Part shown: positions 1-9,936 of the stretch, in pieces
How the letters are laid out: each line of letters begins with the position of its first letter
Numbering within the stretch: position 1 is the first letter of the stretch
Virus record (IMG/VR): IMGVR_UViG_3300022660_003376
Length of the DNA: 64,000 bases
From: an uncultured virus (IMG/VR IMGVR_UViG_3300022660_003376)
Taxonomy: Duplodnaviria > Heunggongvirae > Uroviricota > Caudoviricetes
Reading direction: 5' to 3' (one strand)
Program-made: the position numbers and the translations under genes
The notes under the pieces: model-generated
Database searches by the model: none
Seen by the model: only the letters and a program-made list of their open reading frames with translations
What the model was told of the DNA's origin: nothing

Positions 1-1
1 T

Positions 2-202
2 AAAAGTTTAAGAATACAGACTCCAGATGGTTTCTGTATATATGCAAACCCAGACGCTAACGGTGAGTCAATGGGGCATACTGTTGATATAACTGGCGTA
101 TTGAGGTTTTGGTATGGTACTTTCATAATAACGAAGGAGACTGGCGAGGTTTTGCAGGATATGTCGGAGACAGACCTACATAATTTTGCGATGGCTTCGT
201 AG
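2..202 (+). CDS. 3' end of a hypothetical protein (partial, enters from left edge; weak DUF3846-like resemblance)
   Basis: Frame 2 is open from base 2 to TAG at 200-202 (...RFWYGTFIITKETGEVLQDMSETDLHNFAMAS*); not in the ORF track. Confidence 0.55.
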   Translation, partial: KSLRIQTPDGFCIYANPDANGESMGHTVDITGVLRFWYGTFIITKETGEVLQDMSETDLHNFAMAS

Positions 203-218
203 TGTTGGAGGTGGTATA

Positions 219-479
219 ATGCAGTCACAAAACCCTTATAGGATACTTGGGGTATCTGAGGGTGCTAGTTTGGCGGAGTGCAAGAGTGCATATAAGAAGA
301 GGATGCGAGAGCGTCATCCAGACTTCGGTAAGTCTGAGGATGATATAAAACAACGTGAGATTGACTCAAAGCTTTTGAATGAGGCTATGAGTATAATAGC
401 ACAAAGGTTTAAGTCAGGGGTAAAACCTGTTTCTCGTCAAACTACATTTACACACAAGGATTTGTTCACGTTTATGTAA
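219..479 (+). CDS. Small J-domain (DnaJ-like) co-chaperone
   Basis: NPYRILGV...KSAYKKRMRERHPD J-domain signature with HPD; GGAGG upstream of ATG 219 (track start 186 is probably too early). Confidence 0.85.
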   Translation: MQSQNPYRILGVSEGASLAECKSAYKKRMRERHPDFGKSEDDIKQREIDSKLLNEAMSIIAQRFKSGVKPVSRQTTFTHKDLFTFM

Positions 480-558
480 TAACTATCTCGTGAGATTTCA
501 CGTTAGTTAATATATAATAAATATAAAATATATTTTTAAAATTAAAGGAGAAGATATT

Positions 559-984
559 ATGGCTTCAGAATTTATAGTAAATAAGATAGTAAGTAAAGAA
601 TGGGTGAAGAAAGGTTTCTATGTAAAAGGCGGTAGATTCTACTTCGCTACACAGGAATATGATGTGAATGACAGCAAGGTAGCTGTTTTCTTTACAACAG
701 ACATGGCTTTTCTGTTCCACGATGATAATGGTAACTTTAGCATGAAAGATATGATGTCCTTTGCATCAGGTGCTGGAAATGTAGGTACAAGATTCCCTTG
801 TGACTATGATGACAATTACGATGTCCTTGTAAGACCTTACGCAGGCGAGTCAGGTTTCATAAATACTGCTAAACTCGAAGCACTTGGTCTTACAGAGTAT
901 ACAGAAGACATGATTGCGAGAGTTAAAGACCTTGCAGATTATGATAAAGGGTATGATAAAGCAACTGGGGAAGACTTAGATTAA
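559..984 (+). CDS. Hypothetical protein, 141 aa
   Basis: AAGGAG RBS, clean ORF, followed by terminator. Confidence 0.8.
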   Translation: MASEFIVNKIVSKEWVKKGFYVKGGRFYFATQEYDVNDSKVAVFFTTDMAFLFHDDNGNFSMKDMMSFASGAGNVGTRFPCDYDDNYDVLVRPYAGESGFINTAKLEALGLTEYTEDMIARVKDLADYDKGYDKATGEDLD

Positions 985-996
985 TTTCAGGCAGTT

Positions 997-1031
997 AAAA
1001 AGGGTGTAGGTTTAGGCTTACACCCTATTTT
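997..1031 (+). terminator. Intrinsic terminator
   Basis: agggtgtagg/cttacaccct stem followed by T tract. Confidence 0.75.
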
Positions 1032-1092
1032 GTTATAAAAATAAAAAGTGTAGATATTTCGTTAGATTTATAAAAAATATGTAAGTTACCTA

Positions 1093-1121
1093 TTGACAAT
1101 GTATAAGTTATATGGTATAAT
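1093..1121 (+). promoter_or_regulatory. Consensus sigmaA promoter with extended -10
   Basis: TTGACA-17 bp-TATAAT with TG at -15/-14. Confidence 0.85.
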
Positions 1122-1165
1122 AGTATCATAATAAAAATTAAATAAAAAACTTTGGAGGTTAAAAA

Positions 1166-2482
1166 ATGAAAACATCACTAACATTGGCTCAGAAAGCTAT
1201 ATTGGAGGCAATTCCAGAAGAATTTGACCTTATAGATGACGTTTGCTTTATTGAAAACAAATCAGATGTTGTAAGGTACGTTTGCGAAAAAGCGAATTTA
1301 GATTCTGAGGATGTGCCTAATGTCATTAAAACCATTAATCAAAGGGGTAGAGAAGAAAAACATTATACCTATTTTGCCGTTGATGGCTACGAAGTGGATA
1401 GTGACGATGAGTCATCCCACTATAAGCTATTAAACACAGGTTACACCTGTGGGGGTAAACCTATATACTTATCTTTGTACCGTTTCGGTTCAGATTGGAA
1501 AGGTGCATACGTTGTGACTTTGGCTGAATTTATTGAGATGTCAAATAAATATTATAGTCAGCAGGTAATGAAATCCGACAATTCAAAATATATGTCGGAG
1601 CGTGAGGAAACGCCTTTTGAACAGAAAATAAACAAATCTAAGAAAGCGGTAGTAACACAGGAGTCACTTGAAATCGCACCTAAAAATAAGGAGTGGCAGG
1701 AAGTCACTAATTATATCAGACTTATGTGTAACTCTCCGTCGTGGGTATTTGATACAGTTGATAAATTGGTATCATATTTGTACGCTTTAGAGTTGAGAAT
1801 ACTCGGTAGAGTAAGAAAATCATACGAGACGGGCATTGAAAGTGATTCTTTCCGCTTAAGTGCTGATAAGTCGAATATTTACTTCAATTTGGGTATCACA
1901 AATAAGTTTGGTAAATCAATATATGCGATTGCTACAACTGATTATGATAGTAATACAGATACATACAAGTTCACAAATGTTCATGTCGTAAGATGCAGGG
2001 ATATGTTTCTGGAGTATAATTTTAGTAATACAGACGCTAATTTTAAACCTGTATTTACATCATTCTTTGATGCAGACAGTGGTGAAACACCAATTTTCAC
2101 AAGTTGTTTATCTGATGTAGATATGGAAAATCCAAACTCCATAACACATTGTATGATAGACAATGTATCTAGATTGCCGAAGTACATTCAGAATATGTCG
2201 GAAGACGAAAGAGTAGATTTATATTTTAAGAAGATACAGTTAAGTTTTGAAAGGCATGCTGTGGATTCATTCTATTTCAAGCCATTCTACTGTATTAAAA
2301 ACGATGCTATAGAGTACATAATTCCTATATATGAAAATGATGATGTTAGCGGTAAGATTGAATATGGTTTCATACTTGGAAAATCACCAAGAGGCTTTTG
2401 GGGTATCTATACCGTACTGACACCAGAGCAGTGTAAGAACAACATTCAGGTTGTTCAGCCATTCAGTAATGTAAATATATAA
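1166..2482 (+). CDS. DUF3825-like domain protein
   Basis: C-terminal half has FNLGITNKFGKSIYA, HCMIDNVSRLP, PFY..IEYIIPIY, YTVLT motifs resembling DUF3825; GGAGG RBS. Confidence 0.55.
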   Translation: MKTSLTLAQKAILEAIPEEFDLIDDVCFIENKSDVVRYVCEKANLDSEDVPNVIKTINQRGREEKHYTYFAVDGYEVDSDDESSHYKLLNTGYTCGGKPIYLSLYRFGSDWKGAYVVTLAEFIEMSNKYYSQQVMKSDNSKYMSEREETPFEQKINKSKKAVVTQESLEIAPKNKEWQEVTNYIRLMCNSPSWVFDTVDKLVSYLYALELRILGRVRKSYETGIESDSFRLSADKSNIYFNLGITNKFGKSIYAIATTDYDSNTDTYKFTNVHVVRCRDMFLEYNFSNTDANFKPVFTSFFDADSGETPIFTSCLSDVDMENPNSITHCMIDNVSRLPKYIQNMSEDERVDLYFKKIQLSFERHAVDSFYFKPFYCIKNDAIEYIIPIYENDDVSGKIEYGFILGKSPRGFWGIYTVLTPEQCKNNIQVVQPFSNVNI

Positions 2483-2490
2483 TAAATATC

Positions 2491-2526
2491 GGGTAGGGAG
2501 ACTAAAATCTCTCTACCTTTTATTTT
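2491..2526 (+). terminator. Intrinsic terminator
   Basis: ggtagggaga/tctctctacc stem followed by T tract. Confidence 0.75.
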
Positions 2527-3014
2527 ATGCGTATATTTTATAACAATATAAAAATACATATGATGTAATATAATTTCTATATGAAATATAAAAATATGGC
2601 ATACTGATACACAAAAATGCAACCCTTTGATTTATATGCTTTTAGGGCATAAATCAGGGGTTATTTTGCTTGTATTGCTTTGGGTACGTATACTTACATT
2701 ACCCCTGTAATCCGTGCGTATTTTGGCTGTTTGTTTGGCTCTGTAAACTGCAAATAAAATTAAAATTACGAGTTATATATTGTTTGGTGGAGTCAATATT
2801 TCAATATGTGCTTATTCTATGGTTTAAAGCGAAAAATGCTTTAGATTGGCGATTTTTTAATAAGATTGCTGTTCTGAGATGAAAAAATATGTGTTAGAAG
2901 TGGCTTGAAAATCGTTCGCATTTTTGCATAAGTTTTTTCTTCATTTTCGAAGATTTGTTTTGGGGCTGAGTAGGAAATTGACTCTTTTGGGGTATTATTT
3001 GCTTAAAAATTTTG

Positions 3015-3505
3015 TTGTTTTGATACTGGAATGCATTGAATTGCATCGAATACGGGCTGTTATGATACTGGAATGTGCTGAATTGTATCAAATATTGGCT
3101 GTTCTGATACTGAAATGTGTTGATTTGTATTAAATACTGGCTGTTGTGATACTGAAATGCGTTGAACTGATATTAAATACTGTTTGTTTTGATACTGGAA
3201 TGCGTTGAATTGATATTAACTTCGTTTGTGTTGATACAAAATTTATTTGTTTTAATCCTAAACAACATTTGAATTGAGTATAAACTCACTTGAATTGATA
3301 TTGACATCGTTTGTTTTGAGTATAAACTTCTTTGAAAATAAGTTATTTTTGTTTGAATTGATTTCAGCGACTAGAATGATATCAAATCTGGTTTGAAATG
3401 AGTCTAGCATAATTTGAATTGAGTATAAACAAAATTGAATTTACATTAAAATATTTGAATTGATACTTCACCTATTTGAATTGATACAATAATTGATTGA
3501 ATTGA
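3015..3505. repeat. Helically phased array: ~24 TTGAATTGA/TTGTTTTGA-like motifs at ~21-bp period (first half is 5-6 copies of a 42-bp unit)
   Basis: tgatac(tg) at 3021, 3063, 3105, 3147, 3190, 3232; ttgaattga-like motifs at 3269, 3290, 3311, 3332, 3353, 3393, 3414, 3435, 3455, 3476, 3497. Confidence 0.9.
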
Positions 3506-3858
3506 TGAAAGCAGACTATTTGAGGTCAGCTTTGCTTTGAAGTTTTGTCGTTTTGCTATGATACAGTATAGCCTTTACAAAATGAGGTATTAAGTCTATG
3601 TGGTTTATGTGCTAGTCTTAACAATGACATTCGTATTGAAATCGTATATAATCTATTGTTTGTGTTTGAGTGTCTATAGTTTAATATTGTTCTTATTTAA
3701 TATATCAAAATAATGTGTGTCAGTGCTACAATAATATATTGAAAATACTTGACCACAGTGCATAAGATGTGTGGCAGGGGAGTACGAAGTAAATATAATT
3801 GTGTGTCACACAGGCAATTGAGATTATTATGTTCTGTAGTGTTGCTTATGCTTATGTT

Positions 3859-4110
3859 CATGCAGGCAGGGTGTGAGTCTAAGTCAGTTTATAAGAGTGG
3901 TGTGAGTCTGAGTCAGTTTATAAGAGTGATGTAGTTAAGTTTGTCTTTGTATGAGTCTATTATGTGATATTTACAGCACATGCAAGTAGGGTGTGAGTCT
4001 AATTTAGTATACAATGGTGATATAGCTAAGTTTATCTTTATATGAGTCTATTATGTGGCACTTATAACACAATATTGGCGTTAAGTAGACGAGTTTATCT
4101 TTATATGAGT
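3859..4110. repeat. Nested direct repeats rich in TGAGTC
   Basis: 29-bp tandem ggtgtgagtct(a/g)agtcagtttataagagt at 3870 and 3899 inside a longer unit starting catgca at 3859 and 3979; partial third copy at about 4091-4110. Confidence 0.8.
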
Positions 4111-4854
4111 TTATTTGGAACATTGTTTTTAACACATGAGTTTGAGCATGTAAGTTTTGTTCATAATATTATGTTGGTACATGTAGACACTATAAGGATA
4201 TAAGTTTGCTTGTCCATTTAAATTCATTCTGTTTTCCAAGTCAGTTGTAATCCACCTTTAGAGTATAAGAATGGACTTGTGTTTGTATACCGTTCATTCC
4301 ACCATCAGTCACAGTACAGACATATTGAGTATGAGGTCATACACTCTGCTTCATAAGTGAGAAAAACTACATCTTTAGGGTATCTATTACTGATTTAATA
4401 TTTAATTTGTTATATGAGAAGCACACCTACACCATTAAACATATACAATAATGAGTCGTGTATTATCGATAGTCATTAACATATATAAAACAACTGAAGT
4501 TTGGGTATCTATTTCTGAGACATTGTATTATATGGTCTGTAGGCTAACAAGCGTTAATATCACGTTAGCCCATGCCTAACTTTATATTGGGTATCTATAA
4601 AAGTTTTTTGAAAAGTGCGGATTTCGGGTCGATTTCGGGGCTTTTTGAAAAAACAATGTTATCTGCACACGGAAAAGTGGCTATTGGGTGTATTTTTGCA
4701 ATAAAATCGCTAACTTTGAGTGTAAATATTTTTGTTGATGCGTTTATATAAATCGTGATATAAAATACACAAAATCGAGTCAATATTTATCGTTGATTTG
4801 TAATAATTGTTTTGACGCTATTTATTTTATAAGTTACATAAGGAGGATTTTAAT

Positions 4855-5523
4855 ATGCGTTATATTTTTTCTCTCGTAAGAGAAGCGAGATTACACTTGA
4901 ATGGGGAGAAGTCAGTGATTCCCGAACGTTTGGAGTTAATGGACATCATCGAAGACTTTGTAAACTCAGGTAGTTATACAAAGTGTAAGCAGTTTAAGAA
5001 GTTACTTGAGGTACGAAACGAGGCAATAGTAAAACAGGCAGAGCATTTGGGTTTAAAAGAAACTAATGTTAGACGTATTCGTTCAGAACTTACAGCTGAT
5101 GCTTTGAGTGTGTTGGGTGATAATACAATTGATATTGTAATGCACGGTTCAGATGATAATGTTCGCAGATGCTTACAGGAGGTTAAGTACAATGTTTTAA
5201 CGAAGAGTACATTGGATTTATTTTCACATGAGTTCTTAACGAAAGTTCGTGATATCAATATTGATGATACAACAACTTTTTCTGTAACGGATTGTGTTCC
5301 TGAGTTGGCTTTGCTTTATTGGTTATCTAATGAACGTTTAATTGATTTGCTTTCTAATGTAGACTTGGAAAGATTAAAATATTTATTAAATTGCATTGAC
5401 GGTAAGTCGGGAACTTCACAGGATAAGGTTAAGATATTACGCATTATTCTCAATGATGATTTATTCAAGAACTTGAAGCCTGAGATGAGAGAGAAGTTTA
5501 ACTTTCCACCTAAAAGGGATTAA
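4855..5523 (+). CDS. Hypothetical protein with possible helix-turn-helix
   Basis: AGGAGG RBS; segment IVKQAEHLGLKETNVRRIRSEL resembles an HTH. Confidence 0.6.
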   Translation: MRYIFSLVREARLHLNGEKSVIPERLELMDIIEDFVNSGSYTKCKQFKKLLEVRNEAIVKQAEHLGLKETNVRRIRSELTADALSVLGDNTIDIVMHGSDDNVRRCLQEVKYNVLTKSTLDLFSHEFLTKVRDINIDDTTTFSVTDCVPELALLYWLSNERLIDLLSNVDLERLKYLLNCIDGKSGTSQDKVKILRIILNDDLFKNLKPEMREKFNFPPKRD

Positions 5524-5600
5524 ACCAAGTAAAAACTGTTTATATTTTTTGAGATGTTATAAAAAATATTAAGAAATATAAAGGAATTTGCAAGATACTA

Positions 5601-5629
5601 TTGACATATTTGAGAATTTATGTTATAAT
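5601..5629 (+). promoter_or_regulatory. Consensus sigmaA promoter with extended -10
   Basis: TTGACA-17 bp-TATAAT, TGtTATAAT. Confidence 0.85.
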
Positions 5630-5664
5630 AGTATTAATGAAATAAATCAATTGGAGGTTATGAA

Positions 5665-6951
5665 ATGAAAACTATACAAATATCAGAAATATATCCTGTA
5701 CATAAGGTACATTTAGCAAGTGAGTTGGTTTATATTTGCGAGTTAGCAAAATACGCATTTATAAATCATCAAACACAAATAAGTTTAGATGGAGTTATTT
5801 TAAGTGACGTACTGAAGAAGTCAAAGTATTGGCTTTTCTATAAGATTGCTGTAATTAATAAGTGGGTTACAGGCGTACCTGAGTGCGAACCTGTAAGTGA
5901 AATGGAGATGCATTGCAAAGATATATGTAATGTTTTAATTACAGATGAAGAAATTGAATATGATAAGGCGGAATGGAGTAGACGTGCATCGGATGAAGAG
6001 TTTAATTTTTTCACGCCTGTTGCAACTCAGGTATTTTTGTTCATTGATAAAGACCTTATAACATGGTCTTTAAATGGGTTTGAGGACAAGCACAGTATGA
6101 TTCAGTCTACATCTTTATTAGAGAATAACGCTACACAGCGATTTGTTTCTTTAGTAGCATATGTTGCAATAGAGAGATTTTTCGCAAATAATGTTTTTAG
6201 ATTTAAGCTGATTTGTGATTACACAGTTGCATATAGACAGCTATGTATGGCTGATATTATCTGTTTATGTGAGAGAACCAACGCATTAGACGATTGGTTC
6301 ACACTTGAGTATAACTGTTCTCCAGCAGAGCAAAAGAGAATGGGATATGAGGCTTGGTGGCATATGGGTCACGAGATGGGCTTCATGGACAGGGAATATA
6401 CTGATGATGAGAAGAAAATACACCTTAAGAAGTTGGACATACAAGTAGGAGACGTTGTTTGTTACTTTAAAAGAAAAGCTTCTCATAAAAGTAATTTCAT
6501 AAAGAGCATAGATTACTCAAACTTTGCTATTGTTCGTGCAATAACAAAGAAGGGTATCTCACTAGATAAGGTGCTTACAATGAAGACACCTTATGCTAGG
6601 CAAAAAGAGTTTGATGCTCTGAAAACAGCTGAAAAGGCTATGTTTAAGGGTCAGTACAAAACAGACTCGTACAATTATGAGTTAGTTACTATACCGTGGA
6701 TGGACTTAGGCATAGACTTCATGATGTATAAGGAATTAGACTTCATCACTCCTGTTCAGTTAGACAACAAGACTACAATGCCAGTGTTATCTAAGAAGGA
6801 TAATAAAGAAATCTTAGTGGAAGTTGACGCACCTAATTTCTTATATTGGTTATTTAGTGAATATAAGGTATCGTTCAACAAAGACAGGTTTGTCGAGAGA
6901 TATCTCAGCAGTAAGCCAGTTTATGAGAGATATCTCGAAGGGGAGTTCTAA
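5665..6951 (+). CDS. Hypothetical protein, 428 aa
   Basis: GGAGG RBS, own promoter and terminator; no family recognised. Confidence 0.8.
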   Translation: MKTIQISEIYPVHKVHLASELVYICELAKYAFINHQTQISLDGVILSDVLKKSKYWLFYKIAVINKWVTGVPECEPVSEMEMHCKDICNVLITDEEIEYDKAEWSRRASDEEFNFFTPVATQVFLFIDKDLITWSLNGFEDKHSMIQSTSLLENNATQRFVSLVAYVAIERFFANNVFRFKLICDYTVAYRQLCMADIICLCERTNALDDWFTLEYNCSPAEQKRMGYEAWWHMGHEMGFMDREYTDDEKKIHLKKLDIQVGDVVCYFKRKASHKSNFIKSIDYSNFAIVRAITKKGISLDKVLTMKTPYARQKEFDALKTAEKAMFKGQYKTDSYNYELVTIPWMDLGIDFMMYKELDFITPVQLDNKTTMPVLSKKDNKEILVEVDAPNFLYWLFSEYKVSFNKDRFVERYLSSKPVYERYLEGEF

Positions 6952-6962
6952 TTAAAATTAAG

Positions 6963-6999
6963 AGGGTTGTCTTGGGTATCCGAGACAGCCCTAGTTCTG
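6963..6999 (+). terminator. Probable intrinsic terminator
   Basis: agggttgtcttgg/ccgagacagccct stem directly after stop codon. Confidence 0.6.
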
Positions 7000-7018
7000 T
7001 TTGCAAGAAAGACAAGAA

Positions 7019-7091
7019 TTGAAATAATACAAAGCAAAATTGAATATAAGTTAGACGTATTTTGATTTGATTTCAAAATAAATTGAAATGA
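7019..7091. repeat. Four TTGA(A/T)(A/T)TGA-like motifs in 21-22 bp phase upstream of the helicase gene
   Basis: Motifs at 7019, 7040, 7062, 7083; same core as the 3015-3505 array. Confidence 0.6.
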
Positions 7092-7222
7092 TTTCAAACA
7101 AAAACTTCAATGAGTACGACTTATAACTCATAAGGTGTGCTATATTTAGTTATCAAGTTTTGTTTTTGAGATTTTATATAAGGCTCTATGTATGGTATAT
7201 AAAAATTCAAGGAGGTATTTTT

Positions 7223-9571
7223 ATGGGTGCTTTAGATAAATTGCAGATGTACAGTGCTAAGAAAGAGAATGCTCTTGTTAGTCCTGTAGCTGAATACTTT
7301 GATATAAAATCACCAGAGGGGTATTTCTTAAACACAATACACAATTTAGGGTATCGCATTGTGGAGACAACGTATACTCAGGGCGATAAGGTATTGACTA
7401 AGTCTGAGTATGATGCTCTTGAGGATAAGGCAGGCGTTGAAGTAGGTACTCAATTGACTGAACTCGCTAAGATGCTTACGACAAAAGGCGATATGCTTGC
7501 CAACTCTACAGCAGGTAGTGGTAAAACTACTGCATTAATATTTAGGATAATGAGAGACATAGCAACTGGTGAAGCAACTAAGAAGGTTACCTTACCAGAT
7601 GGTACAACAGTATCAACGTTGGATTCGATATTTGTTGGGACATTCCTTAAAACTGGTGCAGACGAGTTAAAACAGAAGCTAGCTTCATGGCAGAGAAATC
7701 TCAAATATTTTGTGACCGCAGACCGCATACAATTTGGTACATTGCATGCTGAATTTAAACGTGCTTTAAATGCTTTAGGAGCACCAACACCTATAGGTTC
7801 TGCCGATGCTATATCTAGATGTCTTAAACGTGCAATAGACGACCTTAGTATAAAGCGTGATGGAAGTTATGCTTTAACTTATGAAGACTATAGAACAATT
7901 GAAAGTATAGTTTCTTTCTACAGAAACAGGTTAGACAACGATAAGTACAACCATCCGTCAGCAAAGGACTATGGTTTAACTCCATTGATACTCGATAGTT
8001 TAGTAACTAAGTTTGCTAATGAGCGAAAAGCTGAGGGTATCATGGACTTTGAGGATTTGCAAGAATTACTTTACAAGTATTTATATGTAACTCCAAATCC
8101 AGATATACAGAATTTCATTGCTTCGAGATACAAGTTTATGTATTTGGATGAGTTTCAGGATACTTCTCAGATACAGTATGCAATATTGAAGTTTTACATG
8201 AGGGGTAGGTTAGCTATTAACCGTTCAGGTGAGGCAATGCCTGTTGGAATGGAGACTGGTTTGTATACTGGCGAGGAGACTAGTGGCAAAATCATTGCAG
8301 TTGGCGATGACGACCAGTCAGTTTATAGATGGAGAGGCTCGGATATCGACATTATCATTAAGAACTTTCCAGAAGACTTTAAACCACAAATTGTACAGTT
8401 AAGTACAAACTATCGTTGCCCATCCAACATTCTCAATCCTATTAAGACAAGTATTGTAAAGAATACTGATAGATTTCCAAAGAACCTTAGGTCTAGTCGA
8501 GAAGGCGGTGAGTTCCACGCATATACTGCTTTAACAGTGCAAGTTATGATAGAGCATTTATTACAGCAGATAGAGGAAGATACTCTTAACGGTAAGTCTG
8601 TAGCAATACTTTGCAGAACAAACTTTGACGGGGTAATACCTGCGTTAATGTTGGAGATGTCAGGTAAGTATCAATTCAGTGTTTCTTCGGAGGCTATGAC
8701 ATTGAGTAGTGCAATGCCGAAAACGGTAATAAATTGTGCAAGACTATTTACAGATAGGACATCACAGTATGTAATAAATACTTTGAAGCTCTTTGTAGAT
8801 AGGTCAGACCAATGGTCTGTACAGGAACTTGTAAAGCGTTTAAAGGCAGACGCTTCAATGGGTGTGGGTAGGTCAGTATTTGATATAGCCCCTGAGGATT
8901 TGGCATATTCTAGCCCTAAACTTGCTACGCTTATAAAGACGTTGAAGACATATCTGTACGATAGTAACGGAAATGCAATTAAAGGCGGAGACATCGAGGC
9001 ATTAAAGGTGTTATACTTAAAACTCCTTATAGATGTATATGATGGTGATTCTGCTTATTGTTCGAAGATACGTGCATATATACAGGCGGTTCTGTATGTA
9101 TTGAAGGTGAGAAAGTTTACGTCAGCAGATGATTTCCTCTCAACCATGAGTGATTGGAATGATTGTCTAAATGCGAGGGTAGGTAAGGCATACAAGGTAA
9201 AAATAGCAACGGTGCATGAGTTTAAGGGTAAGGAAGCTGATTGCTGTTACATTTGGCATGATTCACGTGATTTATTCCCTGCAAGTAAGACAAACACTAC
9301 TGTAAAGGTAGATTTCGAGGAAGAGCGTAGGGTACATTACATTGCTTGTACTCGTGCGAGGGAGAAGAGTATAGTATACGCTCTTGCTAAGAACGCAGGG
9401 GAATTCTTTTATGAACTGGATTGCACTCCAGAGTTAATAAGACCAGTCAACAAGGGTAAATTATCTGGTGTAAGTCAGGAAGCTGAGTTCACAAACACAG
9501 ACCCACTTGATGTATTAATCGAAAACTACAGACAGAAAGAGACAGAAAAAGAAGCAGAAACTGTGAGTTAA
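7223..9571 (+). CDS. UvrD/PcrA/Rep-family superfamily 1 DNA helicase
   Basis: STAGSGKTT, LDEFQDTS, VGDDDQSVYRWRG, LSTNYRC, TVHEFKGKE, EERRVHYIACTRA motifs; GGAGG before ATG 7223. Confidence 0.95.
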   Translation: MGALDKLQMYSAKKENALVSPVAEYFDIKSPEGYFLNTIHNLGYRIVETTYTQGDKVLTKSEYDALEDKAGVEVGTQLTELAKMLTTKGDMLANSTAGSGKTTALIFRIMRDIATGEATKKVTLPDGTTVSTLDSIFVGTFLKTGADELKQKLASWQRNLKYFVTADRIQFGTLHAEFKRALNALGAPTPIGSADAISRCLKRAIDDLSIKRDGSYALTYEDYRTIESIVSFYRNRLDNDKYNHPSAKDYGLTPLILDSLVTKFANERKAEGIMDFEDLQELLYKYLYVTPNPDIQNFIASRYKFMYLDEFQDTSQIQYAILKFYMRGRLAINRSGEAMPVGMETGLYTGEETSGKIIAVGDDDQSVYRWRGSDIDIIIKNFPEDFKPQIVQLSTNYRCPSNILNPIKTSIVKNTDRFPKNLRSSREGGEFHAYTALTVQVMIEHLLQQIEEDTLNGKSVAILCRTNFDGVIPALMLEMSGKYQFSVSSEAMTLSSAMPKTVINCARLFTDRTSQYVINTLKLFVDRSDQWSVQELVKRLKADASMGVGRSVFDIAPEDLAYSSPKLATLIKTLKTYLYDSNGNAIKGGDIEALKVLYLKLLIDVYDGDSAYCSKIRAYIQAVLYVLKVRKFTSADDFLSTMSDWNDCLNARVGKAYKVKIATVHEFKGKEADCCYIWHDSRDLFPASKTNTTVKVDFEEERRVHYIACTRAREKSIVYALAKNAGEFFYELDCTPELIRPVNKGKLSGVSQEAEFTNTDPLDVLIENYRQKETEKEAETVS

Positions 9572-9830
9572 AATAATATAAATCGAGTCTTTATCTTACG
9601 AAGTTAATAAAGTTTAAAATAATGTTAAACATACGTAGTTATATGTAGTGTAAATTGCGTATAACTGTAGATAATTGTTGAAATGTTGAAAACTTTGTTG
9701 ATTTGTTGAATAGTAAGTGCAAGACTCGATTTGTGCTGTCTTGAGAAAGGGATATGTAGGGTGATAAATGTATAATTGTTGAGTTCAGCATATTTTTCGT
9801 AAGAAAATATAAATTTTTTGCAAGAAAGTG

Positions 9831-9859
9831 TTGACATATATGAGTTTTTATGGTATAAT
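9831..9859 (+). promoter_or_regulatory. Consensus sigmaA promoter with extended -10
   Basis: TTGACA-17 bp-TATAAT, TGgTATAAT. Confidence 0.85.
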
Positions 9860-9936
9860 ATTAATATGGAAAAACAAAAGGGGCTTCGCACACCCTCACA
9901 ACATTATACTATTATTTATCACAGGAGGTTTAAATT

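Noticed and set aside
3015..3250. 42-bp periodic repeat as a CRISPR array
   Set aside because: Units are similar along their whole length with no unique spacers, the period is too short, and there are no cas genes
2670..4783. Short ORFs (2670, 2894, 2924, 3749, 4595) in the gene-free region
   Set aside because: No RBS, atypical composition; they are translations of repeats and AT-rich DNA
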